Below, piece by piece: positions 37,690 to 51,552 of a DNA stretch of 64,000 bases. Origin of the DNA: Paragordius varius (lineage: Eukaryota > Animalia > Nematomorpha). Below the pieces are notes generated by a model. The model saw only the letters and a list, made by a program, of their open reading frames with translations, had not been told where the DNA came from and made no database searches. The stretch spans positions 13,888,001 to 13,952,000 of the forward strand of contig OZ176050.1 in assembly GCA_964247055.1 (NCBI GenBank), in the 5' to 3' direction. The translations under genes were made by a program, and so were the position numbers. How positions within the stretch are numbered: the stretch's first letter is position 1; each line of letters starts with the position of its first letter.

Positions 37690-38942
37690 ATTCGAAAAGC
37701 GAATGTTTTAAAGTCACTTTTTTAAATCAATGAAATGAACAACAAATAATTTATTTAACCGAATCCAAGTTATTTTATATTCGATTAATAAACGGCAAAA
37801 AAATGATTGACTTTTATGATGTACAAAATAAAGAGATGCCGAAATTTTCTACATTAAAATATTTTATAATCCATATTCTTTAAAATATCTTCAATATATA
37901 TATTTTACCAATACAGGAAGCGATAAAATGCCACATATTGAGCGAATACACTATAAGTTTTTAAAAGTTTTGCAATATGCGATCGCTATATATTTACATC
38001 CTATAATTAAAAACATATTGTTAAATTAATAAAACAAAAACATTTTTAATTTTGTTCAATATGCATAATAATAATAATAATTGATCATTAAGAAATATAT
38101 ATTATATATTATTAATCTATAAATTTAATTGCAGAACAAAAAAAGTAACTTAGTTAACCAAAAATCAAATTTTTTAAAATTATTTTTTTTAATTTTTTAT
38201 TGTTTTGAACTAGACGGTGTGTGGTATGGTGTGTTGAAAACTTTAACTGCTTTTCATAATCTAGTACTACTAATCTTAAATTTTATTTTTATTGACCGTA
38301 AAATTATCCTATGAGGGCTTCCGGTAAAATATATTCCGGTGTTTTTATTATAGCTCTCATATATAACATCTTCAAAATAATTTTTTTATCACATAAGAAT
38401 TTATTTGGTGAAAATTATCAATCAAAAAAATTTAAGTACAATAAATATAAAATAAATTAAGTGTTAAGTTATATTGCAACTTGGCGGCCTAATTCATTAA
38501 ATGAATCACAATTATGATTGAATATATATCAAAAAAATAATAAAAAAAATTATTGATTGCATTGGATTGTAATATAGAGTGGATATGTTGTCCATAATAC
38601 ACAGGATAATGTTGGAATCACAAAAGGGTGGATTTTCAAATTTGAAAATAACTCGTTAATAAAGTTTTTGAGCAAATTTCGGTGTTTAGTATAAAACAAT
38701 AATAGTCCATAAAAGAATAAAAAAATGTTATTTTAAAAAAAACAAGGAAATATTATGGATATGTGTATATACAAATAGGTTTTTTTATAAACATTTTTTT
38801 CTTTAATGGACTAATAATGTTTTATGCCATATGCTACTGTAATTTTTAATTGACAATACAAATCAATACAAAATAAATGCGTTAATATTACAAAGTTATA
38901 AAGTATAAGAAAAAAATGGGAAACTGTTATATACGATTAAAA

Positions 38943-40133
38943 TTAAAAATAATGATTAATTTCATTATCAGATTGTAATATGTGCTGAAGTTGACCAATA
39001 TAACTTATAGCTTGTTGCAATATCCTGATGCGTGGAACCCGATGTTGCCCTGTCGGTTCAGAAGCCATGTCTTTTGCCTTATATTGGTAATTTGCCATAC
39101 TTTGATCAACGGCTATTCGTTTTTTCTTACGATTATAATGATGATGTTGTGAAAGGAGTGGAATATTTAAGGCATGAGACCCGGTCAAAACTTTGGAGTG
39201 AAGATGGTTCATGGCATTTTTTATACGGAGAGTTCGGACTTTTTCTCTGGCATTACCTGTAAGTCTTCGTTGTATCCAAGCCTCGTCGTCAGTTAAGTTG
39301 GTAGCAGCAGCTTGTCGCCTAAGTTTTTTTGCGTTGTTTGGTAATGCGGACAGGGCTCGTTCAGTTTCTACCTCTGATGATCCATGTAAAGAATTGTTGT
39401 TTTTTACTAAACCCAAGTTATTCATATTTTGGTGGCTTTCATACGAATCAGTCGTGCCGTAATATAATGATGAAGATGATATATCAGTGTCAGAATTAAA
39501 ATTCACTTCTAGTTTAATGTTGGGGACAGTTGGGTAATCATTGACCATGTAACCATTGTATGCGGCACTATGATTAAAAGTCATTTCATTTTGTTGACCT
39601 ACTGTAGACTCAACTTTGACACGGCTGAGATGGTCCATACTTACAGGGTAGTACTGTAAAGAATTTTGATAATCAGTGTCGCATTGCTTTTTCAAATCAC
39701 TTTCAGTGCTAATAAGATCACTTTCCTCCATAAAAAGGTCATCAAAGATGTTTGGCGACAAACACAAAGTATTTTGTTTACGTTCCACATCTGCTGGTCG
39801 TTCTGTTTTCGGTGCAAGTTTGCTTGAGCAAAGTTTATTATTGTGTTGTAGGACACCAAACATTGTTTCATTATCATTGAGTAGTAAAGAAAGGATGGTA
39901 TTGTCATCAACATCATCATCTGTTGCTGCTTGACAAAAATCTGGAAAACTAGAGCTATTATTATTATTAAGATTATTAATTTTTTCATAGTTTGAATCTG
40001 AGTTGGACCACATATCTTTACAAACATAATTCTTGGATTTAGTAAAATTATCATTATAATGGCCAAACTCTAAGGCTTGTTTTTCGTGGAATAGATTGTG
40101 CGGTGATAAATTTTGAACCAGGGTTGTGGACAT
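38943..40133 (-). CDS. Divergent group A bHLH transcription factor with ~50-aa loop insertion, 396 aa
   Basis: Basic/helix 1 RRLTGNAREKVRTLRIKNAMNHLHSKV; helix 2 RVPRIRILQQAISYIGQLQHIL; intronless ORF from an ATG. Confidence 0.8.
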   Translation of the reverse strand: MSTTLVQNLSPHNLFHEKQALEFGHYNDNFTKSKNYVCKDMWSNSDSNYEKINNLNNNNSSSFPDFCQAATDDDVDDNTILSLLLNDNETMFGVLQHNNKLCSSKLAPKTERPADVERKQNTLCLSPNIFDDLFMEESDLISTESDLKKQCDTDYQNSLQYYPVSMDHLSRVKVESTVGQQNEMTFNHSAAYNGYMVNDYPTVPNIKLEVNFNSDTDISSSSLYYGTTDSYESHQNMNNLGLVKNNNSLHGSSEVETERALSALPNNAKKLRRQAAATNLTDDEAWIQRRLTGNAREKVRTLRIKNAMNHLHSKVLTGSHALNIPLLSQHHHYNRKKKRIAVDQSMANYQYKAKDMASEPTGQHRVPRIRILQQAISYIGQLQHILQSDNEINHYF

Positions 40134-41252
40134 TGAAAGTGTAGGACAAAAATAAATTGGATAAAAATGAGAGTATTTAAGGAATCAGGTATAATGAAAA
40201 TGTCATAAAAAAATTAAAATGAAAATTTAAACGATATGTCACCGTTATATATAGGTATGTCGCAGGTAGGTATATTTTTAAAATATGTTTTGAATGATGT
40301 TTGTTTATATATTTATTAGCAAAAAAAGTCAACTGGTTTTTGGATGATAATTTATAAAAGACATTTGGTCTCAAAATTATAATAAGCGTGCTCAGGTAAA
40401 AAAAGTTGTACAATTCCATATAAAAAAAACAGATTGAATTCATGTTGATGTTTTGATAAATTATGTAATTATAAAACATATTTTGGATTCGTAAAGGAAA
40501 AAATATGTGTTTAGTATATACTAGAGAAACAGATTGGTAGTTCGGTAATTATTTTTTTATTTTTAACTCAAAACAAAAACGACACTTGTCAATAAAATCA
40601 AAATGATAACTTTCAATGTCAAACACACATTTTTTAAACCATATTTCCTAACCGGAAAGATGCATACTATCAAAATAGTAATAATCACTTTATAATTAAC
40701 TTTAATGTGGTTTTTCTAATTTATATTATGTAATTAATATTTTAATTAAAAACCACCTTTCTTTCTTTTTTTTCTCATTACGCAGGTAGACGCATTGGAA
40801 ACGTTGTATGATATAACTTTATTTTATTTATATTGCCTACAATATACGGACATCCTAACACACTTGAAAATGTATAAATAAAAAATTAATACTAATTAAT
40901 TATGGTCACACCGACAATCATGTCAATGTTTATATATATATTAGATATCCTAATTATATAATTTTTAAACTGCCCCCTAAAAATATTTATTAATATATAA
41001 AAAATAATATATGTATTAATATATTATTTTCCGGAAAAAAATTTGAATCAATAAAATAAAATATACTATGGATTTTTTTCGTAAAAAAACCCCACAGATA
41101 AAAAGTCTAAAAAAATAGCATATAATAAAATCTATATATATTTGAAATTGGTAAAAAAATTAAATTTATTTCGAATAACAATTATATAATATAATAAAAA
41201 TAAATGTGTGTTATAAATTTATGCAAACGCATTTGTAAAAAACAGACCCCAC

Positions 41253-44200
41253 TTAAAATTTAATTTCATTAATAGGTGATTTCTTAAATTTTTTGTAAGT
41301 CGGTTGTGTCGTACCATCCCACTTATTTTGCCAATATCGATTATTATTAATATTGCTGTTCCCATTGTTAGAACCTTTAGAGTTTGGTGGGTTATTCCAT
41401 GCCCTTGGTCTATATTTAAGAGGTGAATTTGATATGGCTTTTTTCGTACTATAATTCCATTGCCATGTGGCTACTTTTTGTGTGGTTTCAGGTTTGTTCC
41501 AATGCACCATCTGATCTTTCCGCGGGTAAGAATTAAAGTGTTGACTATGTTGGTTAGTATTATAGTTATTATTTTCACTATTGACTTTTTTAACTGCAAT
41601 CGGGACGTATTTGATTAAATATTCGTGCTTATTAGTTTTTGCAGTGGTTGTCGTAGGCGGTTTTATTAATTTAGAATCTTGCCAAGATGCAGAAGGCTTA
41701 GATCTAGGCTTGTATTTCGAATTTGTCGATTTCCATGAGGGGGAGGGACGCGCTGGTGATAATTGATTTTTAGGGGCTGACCAATCCCAACCACTGTTTT
41801 TACCCTTATTATAATTATTATTTTGTGGTGCTTGTGTGGTACTAGCTATATAGAGTAAATATTGAAATTATACAAGCCTAACGTAATAAAAATATAAAGA
41901 CAAATGTTTTGTTTTTCTTTCAAAAAACACTCATACTTTTTTAAGTTTTTTGCATATAAATTTTGAAATATAATTGTAATGCATAATTGAGTGAGTTACC
42001 AATATACATTGCTGTTTGAAAAACAATGAGTTATATTTAATTATAAAAGTATAAAAAAGTATAGCATAATGTTATGTTTTGTCCGTATAAATTTTTAATT
42101 TTTACCATAACTTTTGCCCGGGGCCGCTTGCCATACTATAAATTGTTCAGTAGTTGTTTGAGGTTGGGCTTGTGTTGTAACCTCGTTTTCAACCTTTACG
42201 TGCATAAATAAAAATCAAGGGAATAGTTGGTTACATAACATAATACAATTTTTTTATTTATTACTTTATAAATCATCATTAACCAGTTTTATCCAATTAT
42301 GATAGTTTTTATTTTGTGTACTTTAGAGGGTATATATATATATATATATGTGTGAGTATGCTACTTTTTACTCCTTAAATAACATTTTCCACGGAAATTA
42401 TAATAAACACATGTCTAAAATCATCTTAAAAAAAATTATCGCTTAAAACGCGCAATTATTTACGTTTTTCCTGTAAACTTAAATAAATTTACCATTTGAT
42501 AATAATAATTCACAAAAAATATAAATATAGGGTTTACCACATTTTTAATTAGATTGTTGGATAGCTTAACATTATAAGCTCCGACTGGTTTATGGACATG
42601 GATACTAGAAATTAAAGTGTAAAAATATGTTATAAATGGATTATTTGTAAATAAAGGTCAGATTATATTTAACGATCGAATTTTAATGCTAAACATATAA
42701 TACAATTAAAATTCAACAATTTTTACCTATCTATAATATTTAACATAAATGTTGTTTATTTGATTATTATGAATAAACTTTATTTCATGAGCCATACGCT
42801 ACTGTATTAAACAAATTTAACTGTTAATTAAATCCATATTCATAAATTACATTTTTAGTCAAACCTCTTTGAAATATTTTAACACTTGGATACAACACAT
42901 TCATTTCAGTTTTTAGACTCAAATTGGGGTAGTTGGATACCCCAGGCCTGCTTAAAATTAAATACTTTAAAAAATATGGAAGGTATCGAAACCATGGCAA
43001 AAATTTGCCTTTATATAACATTAATAAATCGAAATATTTAAAAAATTTTATTCAAAAACTCGATATTACTTATTTTAATGTAAAACCCAAAGGTAAAAAT
43101 TTACTCAATGTAACATGTGTGCATTGGCTAATTTGAAAAAAATCTTTTTCTATTTCTATCAATGTTAGATGTAATTTAAATAAAAAATTAGCTGTAATTT
43201 TACCTTTAAAATTAAATGAACACGATATTATGCAAAAATTTTGTAAAATAATGGCGTCGGAGTAGTTTGATATGGAACTTTTTTTCAAAACGAAATTTAC
43301 TTAGATATTTTGGCTTATTGATATAATTTTTATTAGGATGAATGCATAAATTTAAATTGGGACCGTTTCCTTTTGTAGTTTTTTAAAATATAAATTTAAA
43401 TTTAGTCAGACCCCAATTTAAACCATGTTATAGTATATTTATATCAAACGAATATACACAATATCCTGGACTATAATGTTTATAATTGGTTTTAAAAATA
43501 TTTTCTTTCATATACATACCTTAGATTATAAACAATGTATTGATTTATTTTGGTTGCATTGAAAGCATGAAAACGGTTATCTTGATTTATGGGAACTATT
43601 GGAGCTGCGGTAGCGTCTACATAATCACTCGGTGCCAAGGACGTGTCCTAGAAAATTTATTTTACAGGTTTAATATAATTTTCAAGCAGTAAAAATGGAA
43701 ATTATATTAACAAAATGTAAAAATCTAAAAGCATGGTTAGACAATCAATCTACTTTTCTGAAACCTTAGTTTTTCCTATATAAATAATTATTTGATTACA
43801 ATTGTTAAATATATATTTAATTGATTGTGTAATCAACTAATATCTCGTTACAGTATAAGTAAGTATACAATTAATTATTGCCAAATAGCATAAACAACAA
43901 AGGGCAGTATTATTGGCTTATACTTATTTTTTTCAATTTTTACTATTATTAGCCAATAATAATTCTCGTTGCACATGCTATTTGGTAATAATTAATAACT
44001 TTCTAGCAATATACACTTATTCTACTGTACATTATTTATTTGTTTGCAATTTTAAACAATGAGATATTATAAGAAAATAAGATCAAAAAAGTACAGCGGT
44101 CGTTTGACAATAATATTTGTCTTTACATTCCTAAATTTTGACTGTGGATAATCCTTCCTTGCCAATCTGATATAATAATAATACACCTTCAATAATATTA

Positions 44201-45059
44201 TTAAAATATCAATTTTCAATAAATATTATAAAAAAGGCGAATAACTTTATTTTAATCCAAACCAAACCAAACTAACCTCGTAATAATAGTCATCGTAATA
44301 ATCGGTCGATAGTAGGCTCGAAGTCTCAGGTACTGGCATAGAAAGAGGTGTTGTCGTTGAAAAAACTGGTGCATTGGTAACGGCTATAGGAGCTGCAGTA
44401 GACCATACCGCTCCTGATTTCCCGTTATTTGCTCCATAAATGTTTTTTATGATTATGGGTTGAGGCTGGCCTGCCCCCGAAAGTAGGGATGGGAACCAAC
44501 CCGCTGAATTAGCACCGTTTTGTCCGTTTGACTTTTTGTTTGCAGAACCGCTAAAACCGCCACCAAAAATAGATTCAATATTTTTTTCCGCTAATTCTAC
44601 AATGTTTCCAATGTGATCGGCTAAATCTCCAAACGCATCTCCACCCATATGGTCAGGCTGAGCTACGGAGTTGCTATTGCTATTTATAGGGGACCAGACC
44701 ATACTGCTACCACCATTATTCGAGTTTGAGTTTCCATTAGATGGCCATTGCTGGGAGTTACCATCCGAGTTCATCATTGAAGTGTCCGGAGCTTTTGAAC
44801 CAATCCAACCGCTATAACTGATAGCTGGAAACCGTTTTCCAATTGCCTTTGGCTGATTTTCTGCATTGTCTTTGGAGGATAAGTGGGCCGAACCGTTTGA
44901 ATACTTATAATTGCTATTAGCTTTATACGTGTCAACATTAAGTGGCAACAGATTTTTATCGAGTATTATGGGGTGAGGAGCATAAAATTGTGATAAAACC
45001 AAAAGAATGGAGACACAATGATAGATTAAGGAAACGCATTTTCCCAACCAATTTGTCAT
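41253..45059 (-). CDS. Unknown secreted low-complexity protein, ~485 aa (Ser/Asn/Gly/Thr/Pro-rich, periodic Trp)
   Basis: Exons 45059-44277 (phase 0), 42193-42112 (phase 0 to 1) and 41845-41253 join into one frame. Signal-peptide-like N-terminus; YYDDYYYE acidic Tyr cluster. Exon 2 and the first half of exon 3 are absent from the ORF track. Confidence 0.75.
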
Positions 45060-45895
45060 TTGGATTATTGATAAATGATACTAATGTTTTAATAAAAAAA
45101 TAAGTTAAAGTTATACTTAATATACTCAACTCTAAAATATGGTTAATTTTTTTGATCCTTTAAACACATACACACACACGCACCTAAAGCAAAAAATTAC
45201 CTACCATTTTTAACCTTTGATATTAACTTAAAAAAGTGTCTATATTGAATTGAGACAAAAAGATGTATTAATGGACAAGAGGTTAAGGCCATAATCATTT
45301 AAAAACTCACATCTTAAACCAAAAAATTTTTTTATTACACGAAGTCGAAATTGTAAAATATAACAAAAAATAATATCCATATATAAAATATTTTTTATAA
45401 AACCACAATTAATAAATGATAAAAAATTGGTATTGGCGCAATTTTTATTAATTTATATGTATATATATAAATAAAATGGCAAAATTATAAAAAAAATTAT
45501 ACAAATGGGTTTTTCCAGTAATAATTTTCTCCTTAGTAAGCATAAAATTTGGCTATCGTATATTTAATTAAAACTGCTTTTTGTCATACTATAGCTTAAT
45601 TATATCAGATGTGTTTATTAGAAAGGGGGATTAATTATTTATATGTGGTGTTGTTATAACTTTAAAATGTTCAAAGCTTTTTTTTGGAAAAAATTTGTTT
45701 GTTAATTATTTTTAAATAAAGTTGACATGCATGACCGCGACAACTCACAGTAGATTAATATGCAATTCATTATGTGTGAAAATTCAAACGGCTTTTTAAA
45801 AATATTAGGTGTTTTGTATGTTACACATCTTAAACTTTTCATTTTTTATAGTGACAAAAAAGTTTTTAATTTTAACATATGTATATATATATATA

Positions 45896-46135
45896 CACTG
45901 TGTGCAAAAAAATTTTTAACGAAAAAACTTTTTTGAGATAGCTTATGACCAGCGTATTCATTTGCCGCAAAAATTTTATTTGTTGACAACCTAGTTTTTT
46001 GAAATATTGAGAGAAAATCGAAATCGGGCAAAAAGTGAAAATTAAGGATAATTCATAAAATTATGATAAAATCTGAAATGTTATCGTTTATTATCATTCA
46101 ATATATAAATAGCCTAAAATCATATAGTTAGGGTT
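45896..46135 (+). repeat. Dispersed repeat (TA|CACTGTGTGCAAAA, Tc1-like left end); second direct copy 50845-51105. A different repeat is shared by ~43850-43975 and ~50715-50840
   Basis: Visible ~200-bp alignment including GAGATAGCTTATGACC and GAAATCGGG..AAAAGTGAAAATTAAGGATAATT. Confidence 0.75.
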
Positions 46136-46721
46136 TCTATAAAATTTCAGGTCAAAAGATGTTTTTGTTTTATCACACTTAAAAGACAAAAAAATTTAAT
46201 GAATCCATATTAAAATAATTTTTTAAATTATTTACTACCTAAACTCACTATTAAAATCTAAACATTCATATTTTATCCAGGAAAATAAATTTCTATATCA
46301 AAATAAAACCAAAAATATTGTTTTTTTTGCATTTTTTTGTCATCTGCGATATGAGTGTATAAATTTATACTGTTTTATTTTAGATTCATACATGATTAGG
46401 AATTATTAAGTATATAATTTATGCAAAATAGGATTGAAAATTAGTGGAATATCAACCAACAATCCGTACAAATCCCAATACAAATATTAATTTGGCATAA
46501 AAAGACTTGTTTGCCCTTCTGCGATAATTAATTATTTCGGGCCGATATTTTAAAAACATTTCAAATGATTTATTCATTTTAAAACATACGGTTCACTTTT
46601 TTCATCAGATAGGTGTCCAACACAAATGGCTTCGCATGCCGAATTTATAACTCAAAAAAACCGGTGAGTCAGATTCGAAATAGACATTCCTTAATTTATT
46701 AGATTTTTAATGTAAGACGAG

Positions 46722-46948
46722 CAGAGGTGTAGTTAGAGAGGGAAAGGGGGCTCGGATGCCATCGGATTTTAATTTTATTTCAAAAAATAGGTATTTAAGC
46801 GTCAAATACATAAAAAATCACCCCCATTTATGAGTGGTTGGTCATAATCAGGGTTAAATTTGACTATTTTTTTTGTAATTTAAGGGATCGCATGGAGGGG
46901 GAGGGGTATACGCTATAACGGGTGCAAGAAACGCAAGCTACGCCTCTG
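46722..46948. mobile_element. hAT-like MITE (227 bp), TSD degenerate
   Basis: TIR CAGAGGTGTAGTT versus CAGAGGCGTAGCT (11/13 match), similar to the TIR of the element at 58510. Confidence 0.55.
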
Positions 46949-47857
46949 AATAAGACTGAATGGAATACTTAAAATTAATGAATTGTCTCAGAAATAAGGA
47001 TTTTACTGAGAATTTATGAGCATTTTTTACGGGCTACACATATAGAGAGCCCGATGGCCACTTTTGTTTTAAACAGAACGGTTTCTTAGTACACAATTTT
47101 TCGTAAATTATGTTTAAAGCCTACCAACGACTTTGTTTATATTTTTTAGGTAAACTTTATTTTATTTATTTGACTAAAAAATTTTGAAATTATACAGATA
47201 AAAAACGTTAAAATTAGGGGACAATTTATTTTTCTAAATGACAACAAAAATTGGTAACACTCTCAATTATTAAATTTTAATGTTAATTATATGCTTTATA
47301 TAGAATATCAATGTTCAAAAAGTATGGTTGTCTTTTTTTAAAAAATGTCAATTTTAAATTTGTTTGTAAATTTACTGTAATAATTATTATCTTCCATATG
47401 CTAGCGAATGTTGGCCCTTAAATCAAACTGAAAATCAATTATGTGAAATAAAAAAATCTATACACGTTCTCCAAATCTGTACCACAATAATAAAACAAAT
47501 TATAATTAAAGCAAACATAGTTTGTTTCAAATGTCACCTATGTCTTCTTTTCTCGGAGCAAATTGTCTCAGATACTAGGGCCATATTTAACGCTTAAATG
47601 GTTGGATTACCAAAATTAGATCCTTTCATCCGAACGGCAATTTAAGACGAGTCAGACCATATCATGATTGGCAAAAAAAACTATAAGCCATGACTTAAAT
47701 CTAACTCAATTGACCAAAGTCGACTATCTCGATTGCCAGGTATTTCGCTCAAGAATTTGGAAGCTAGCTCATGCTGGATAAATGTATTTTTTCAATTAAT
47801 AAAATTGCTATAAAGTTAATATGAATAAGTTATCTACAAACAGCTTATTTAATTACT

Positions 47858-49969
47858 TTAAGATTCACAAAGGAGGCATTCGTTCTTGAAAGTTTGACGG
47901 AATTTGGAATCTATCACACAGTAGAGGTAAAAAGTTAGCGAATAATTGCAAAATTCCAGCAAATTAAATAGTTTTGTCACTATACGGTATGTACAGGGTT
48001 CACGTGGACAATTAGTTTGAGCAAATGTATAGACCAGAGTTAAAACCGTAATTGGGACAATGAAAATTGTGTACGAAGTTACAAAAGCAAAAAGTAATGT
48101 TAGTAAATGTTTTCCTTTAACCGGGCCTCCCAGGCTTATGCTATTATTTCCCGTTTTAGAAATCGTGGAGGAATTGTGGGACGCTTGTTTTACCAATATG
48201 CCGGGAGATCCTAACTTTTTTCCACGCTTTTGATTCGAATCTAAATTAATTATTGTCGTATTTGGTGGGCCAGTAGTTTTTGATATATTTGAATTGGGTG
48301 TCTTAACTTCATCAGCACCATTCATTGAATATTTTTTGTCACTGGTTGTTTCTATGATATCATGTAAAAAGATTATAGAATTTAAATATACTTTCTACGC
48401 ATATCCACACTTTAAATTGACCCTTTATTATATGAGTGGCCTCTTTTGATTTTTTTACATTGCGTAATAATGAGGATCGACCCATTTTGGGAAAAATAAC
48501 TCGACTTAGTAGACTATTTCCATTTTTTCACACTATGTGTTTGTCTAATTTGAAATTTTAAAATATTAAGAGTTATTTGTGAGGAATTGGGGGTTATGAT
48601 CCTGGTCTTAACGGCCGGTGTTAGTCTGAAAAGTAAAAATTTAAAAAGAATCAATATAGCGTAAATTAAAATAAAGGATTTGAAATATTTTAGAGTTAGA
48701 TAGTGTTAATGGTGTTATGACGTTGATAAACACTTAAAACGATTTTGATCTTATTTGCTTAAACAGCGGTTGGATTCAATGGTTTTGATTAAAGAGTTTC
48801 AATTTCTGTCCTTTTTAATACATGCCACAAAAGTTTAAAAGAATTTGTGATAAATCGAAACAATTTAATACTTGTTTAGCGCCAAAAAGTTCTGAAAACG
48901 GTTTTTGGCAAATCGGTTTCGTTTCAAATCACAAAATAAATATAAATAGTGCAACGCTATAATAAAATATTCTTTCCAACTTTTAAAATAATTTTGTGAT
49001 ATTACAGCGTTATAAAGGGTAAGCGATTATTAGCTTTTTAGTCAAATATTAATACAATATTATAAGGTTTTATAAAAACCTAATAATAAGGGGCTAAAAG
49101 ATTATATGTAATTTTAAAGCCAATAAAGTATTTTTGATTAAAAGCTTTTAAACGAACCAATTGCTATCTTAAAATATTGGACATATATATATATATATAC
49201 TATGTAAACGAGTGTCAATAATTGCATGATTGTGTTCATACACCTTGCGATATGCTTGAAGTAGTTTATAGTTGAGATAAAATATTATGCTAAGTGGTAT
49301 AACGGTTAGGATAAGCTCCTTAAACACCATGTATATGGTGAAGAGTTGAGGATTTGCTATATACACCCGATAATTGTAACGGAATGAATTCCAACGCCGA
49401 TCAAAGCACAAATAAACCGGATAAATGAAGGCTAAAGGAACATTTAAAGCTATAGAAAGGACTAAGCAAACTAAGACTATCCATTTACTCCAACCTGTTT
49501 GTTTCCATTGTGCATGTATACTAAATCGATATAGAAAGAGGTATCGTTCGATCGAGATTAGCAGGAGTAGGAGTGTAGATGTTTTCATCAACGAATTCAA
49601 GGCCGGTAAAAATACTTTGTTTTGGAACCAAACATGCCCATAGCGTTGTGAGATTGCCAAATTTTCCATTTCCCCTTTGTACATGAGTGGGTACGTGGCA
49701 AAAAGGGCACAAACTATGAAATCAGTTACGGCCACTACTTTCATGTAATACATGGCTAGCCGTTCTCGACTCAGGCGTGTATAAACGCAGAAATTAAAAA
49801 CGTTTCCAATCAGGCCCAAAACTATGAGTGGGATACCCACGTAAACGTAAGCATACCGCTCATAAACTAACACCTGGGAATGATCTACGCAAAATGTTAT
49901 ATTGGCGTAATTAGTGATATCATTATCATTCATATCAAAATGGTGATGATCATTTTCTAATAATAACAT
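47858..49969 (-). CDS. Class A (rhodopsin-like) GPCR, FMRFamide/myosuppressin/sex-peptide-receptor-like, two coding exons
   Basis: Exon 1 49969-~49201 has TM1-5 with GLIGN, AVTD and ISIERY; exon 2 ~48390-47858 has TM6-7 with NYSLTFYLYC..DSKFR. The intron lies in ICL3; exact junction uncertain. Confidence 0.9.
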
Positions 49970-51552
49970 TTATGGTGTTTGGATGTAAGTAATAGTTTAA
50001 TAAATGTTTCTTGCAAAAGGTATATTTTTATCAAAAAAGAGTAAATTAAATATATATATGTAAATTGACAAATACTGCCAACTGTTTAATTATCGGATAA
50101 TATAAATCGTGTTGATTGAATTTCCATTTACACTATAGTGTAAAAACAATCAGCGTTTTGCATATTATAATAAAGCGTGTCACGAGACTTGGGCTGAATA
50201 TTAGTCAGCTCTGATTTCTAAAAATATGAAATAAATTTTTAACCCCAAAAAATATTGTTATATTATTAATATATTGTATTATTGCATGATAATATATAGA
50301 ATGGGTTATGTATCTATCTTTATTTATTTATATCTTACTAAATATAATTTACAATAGATAGATATATATGCATGTAATGACAATTAAAATTTAATTGATT
50401 ATTAAGCATAACCATAACACAATGATGTTTTGCATTAGTATTTCAATTTTCATAAGCGCCAATATATATAATACTATATATTATATAATTGAATATTAAT
50501 TATACTCTGTCTACATACATATATATATTTGATGAAATTTTTTTATAAATTATTTATTCCAGAATGGATTGAATTTAAACTGAAATTAGTCATTAAATAT
50601 TTTACAATTTAATCCCGAAATTGGTGTATTTAGTTAATTTTAAACGTTCTGAGTTTTTTCTGTTTTTAAATCTTTGTATAAAGAAATTCCTAACTATAAG
50701 CATAATCAAAATATACAGTATATGGGTAAGTATACATTGCTAGAAAGTTATTAATTATTACCAAATAGTAAATAAAAGGGAAGTATTATTGGTTTATAGT
50801 TATTTTTTTCAACTCTTTATTATTATTAGCCAATAATAGCATTACACTGTGTGCAAAAATGGGGGTCAATTTTTTTTAACAAAAAATTTTTTTCATGAGA
50901 TAGCTTATGACCAATGAATTCATTTGCCGTAAAAATTTTAATTTGTTGACGACCTAGTTTTTAAAATAGTGAGAGAGAATCGAAATCGGGAAAAAAGTGA
51001 AAATTAAGGATAATTAAAATTATAAAAAAAATTGAGATATTTGAATTTATTATGATTTTATCAGACATTTGCAATTTATAAATAGTCTAAATCATATAGT
51101 TTTCCATACACTACTGTGTTGCAAATTCCCCTATTGTAATGTACGGTTAAATAAGCAACCATTTAAATGCATTCTGTATATCTGGCAATAATTATTAATG
51201 TTTAATTACTCATACTGTATTGGCTCAATTTTAAACTCTATTTTAATTATTATCTAGCTAAGTTATGTAAAAAAGGGGCTCTCTACATTTTTTAGTTTAT
51301 TTGTTTTACCATTTTTATGTGTAAAATTTTTATATATAAAATCGATCGATTTATATGCGTACATTTTTTTTCTAGCAACATCCTATTTTTGAATTGCGTA
51401 ATAAAAATACCTTTACGTTACAGACTAAATAAGGTGTTATGATGAAATTTTATTATGTTTTCATAGAAATAGGCCCATGTAAGAGATATAAATATATATC
51501 CGCAATTATAGTATTTTTTATATATCAAAATATTTATTTTAGTACATTTATT

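Noticed and set aside
44247-45059. Neuropeptide precursor interpretation (signal peptide and one GKR site)
   Set aside because: No repeated peptide units or multiple dibasic cleavage sites.
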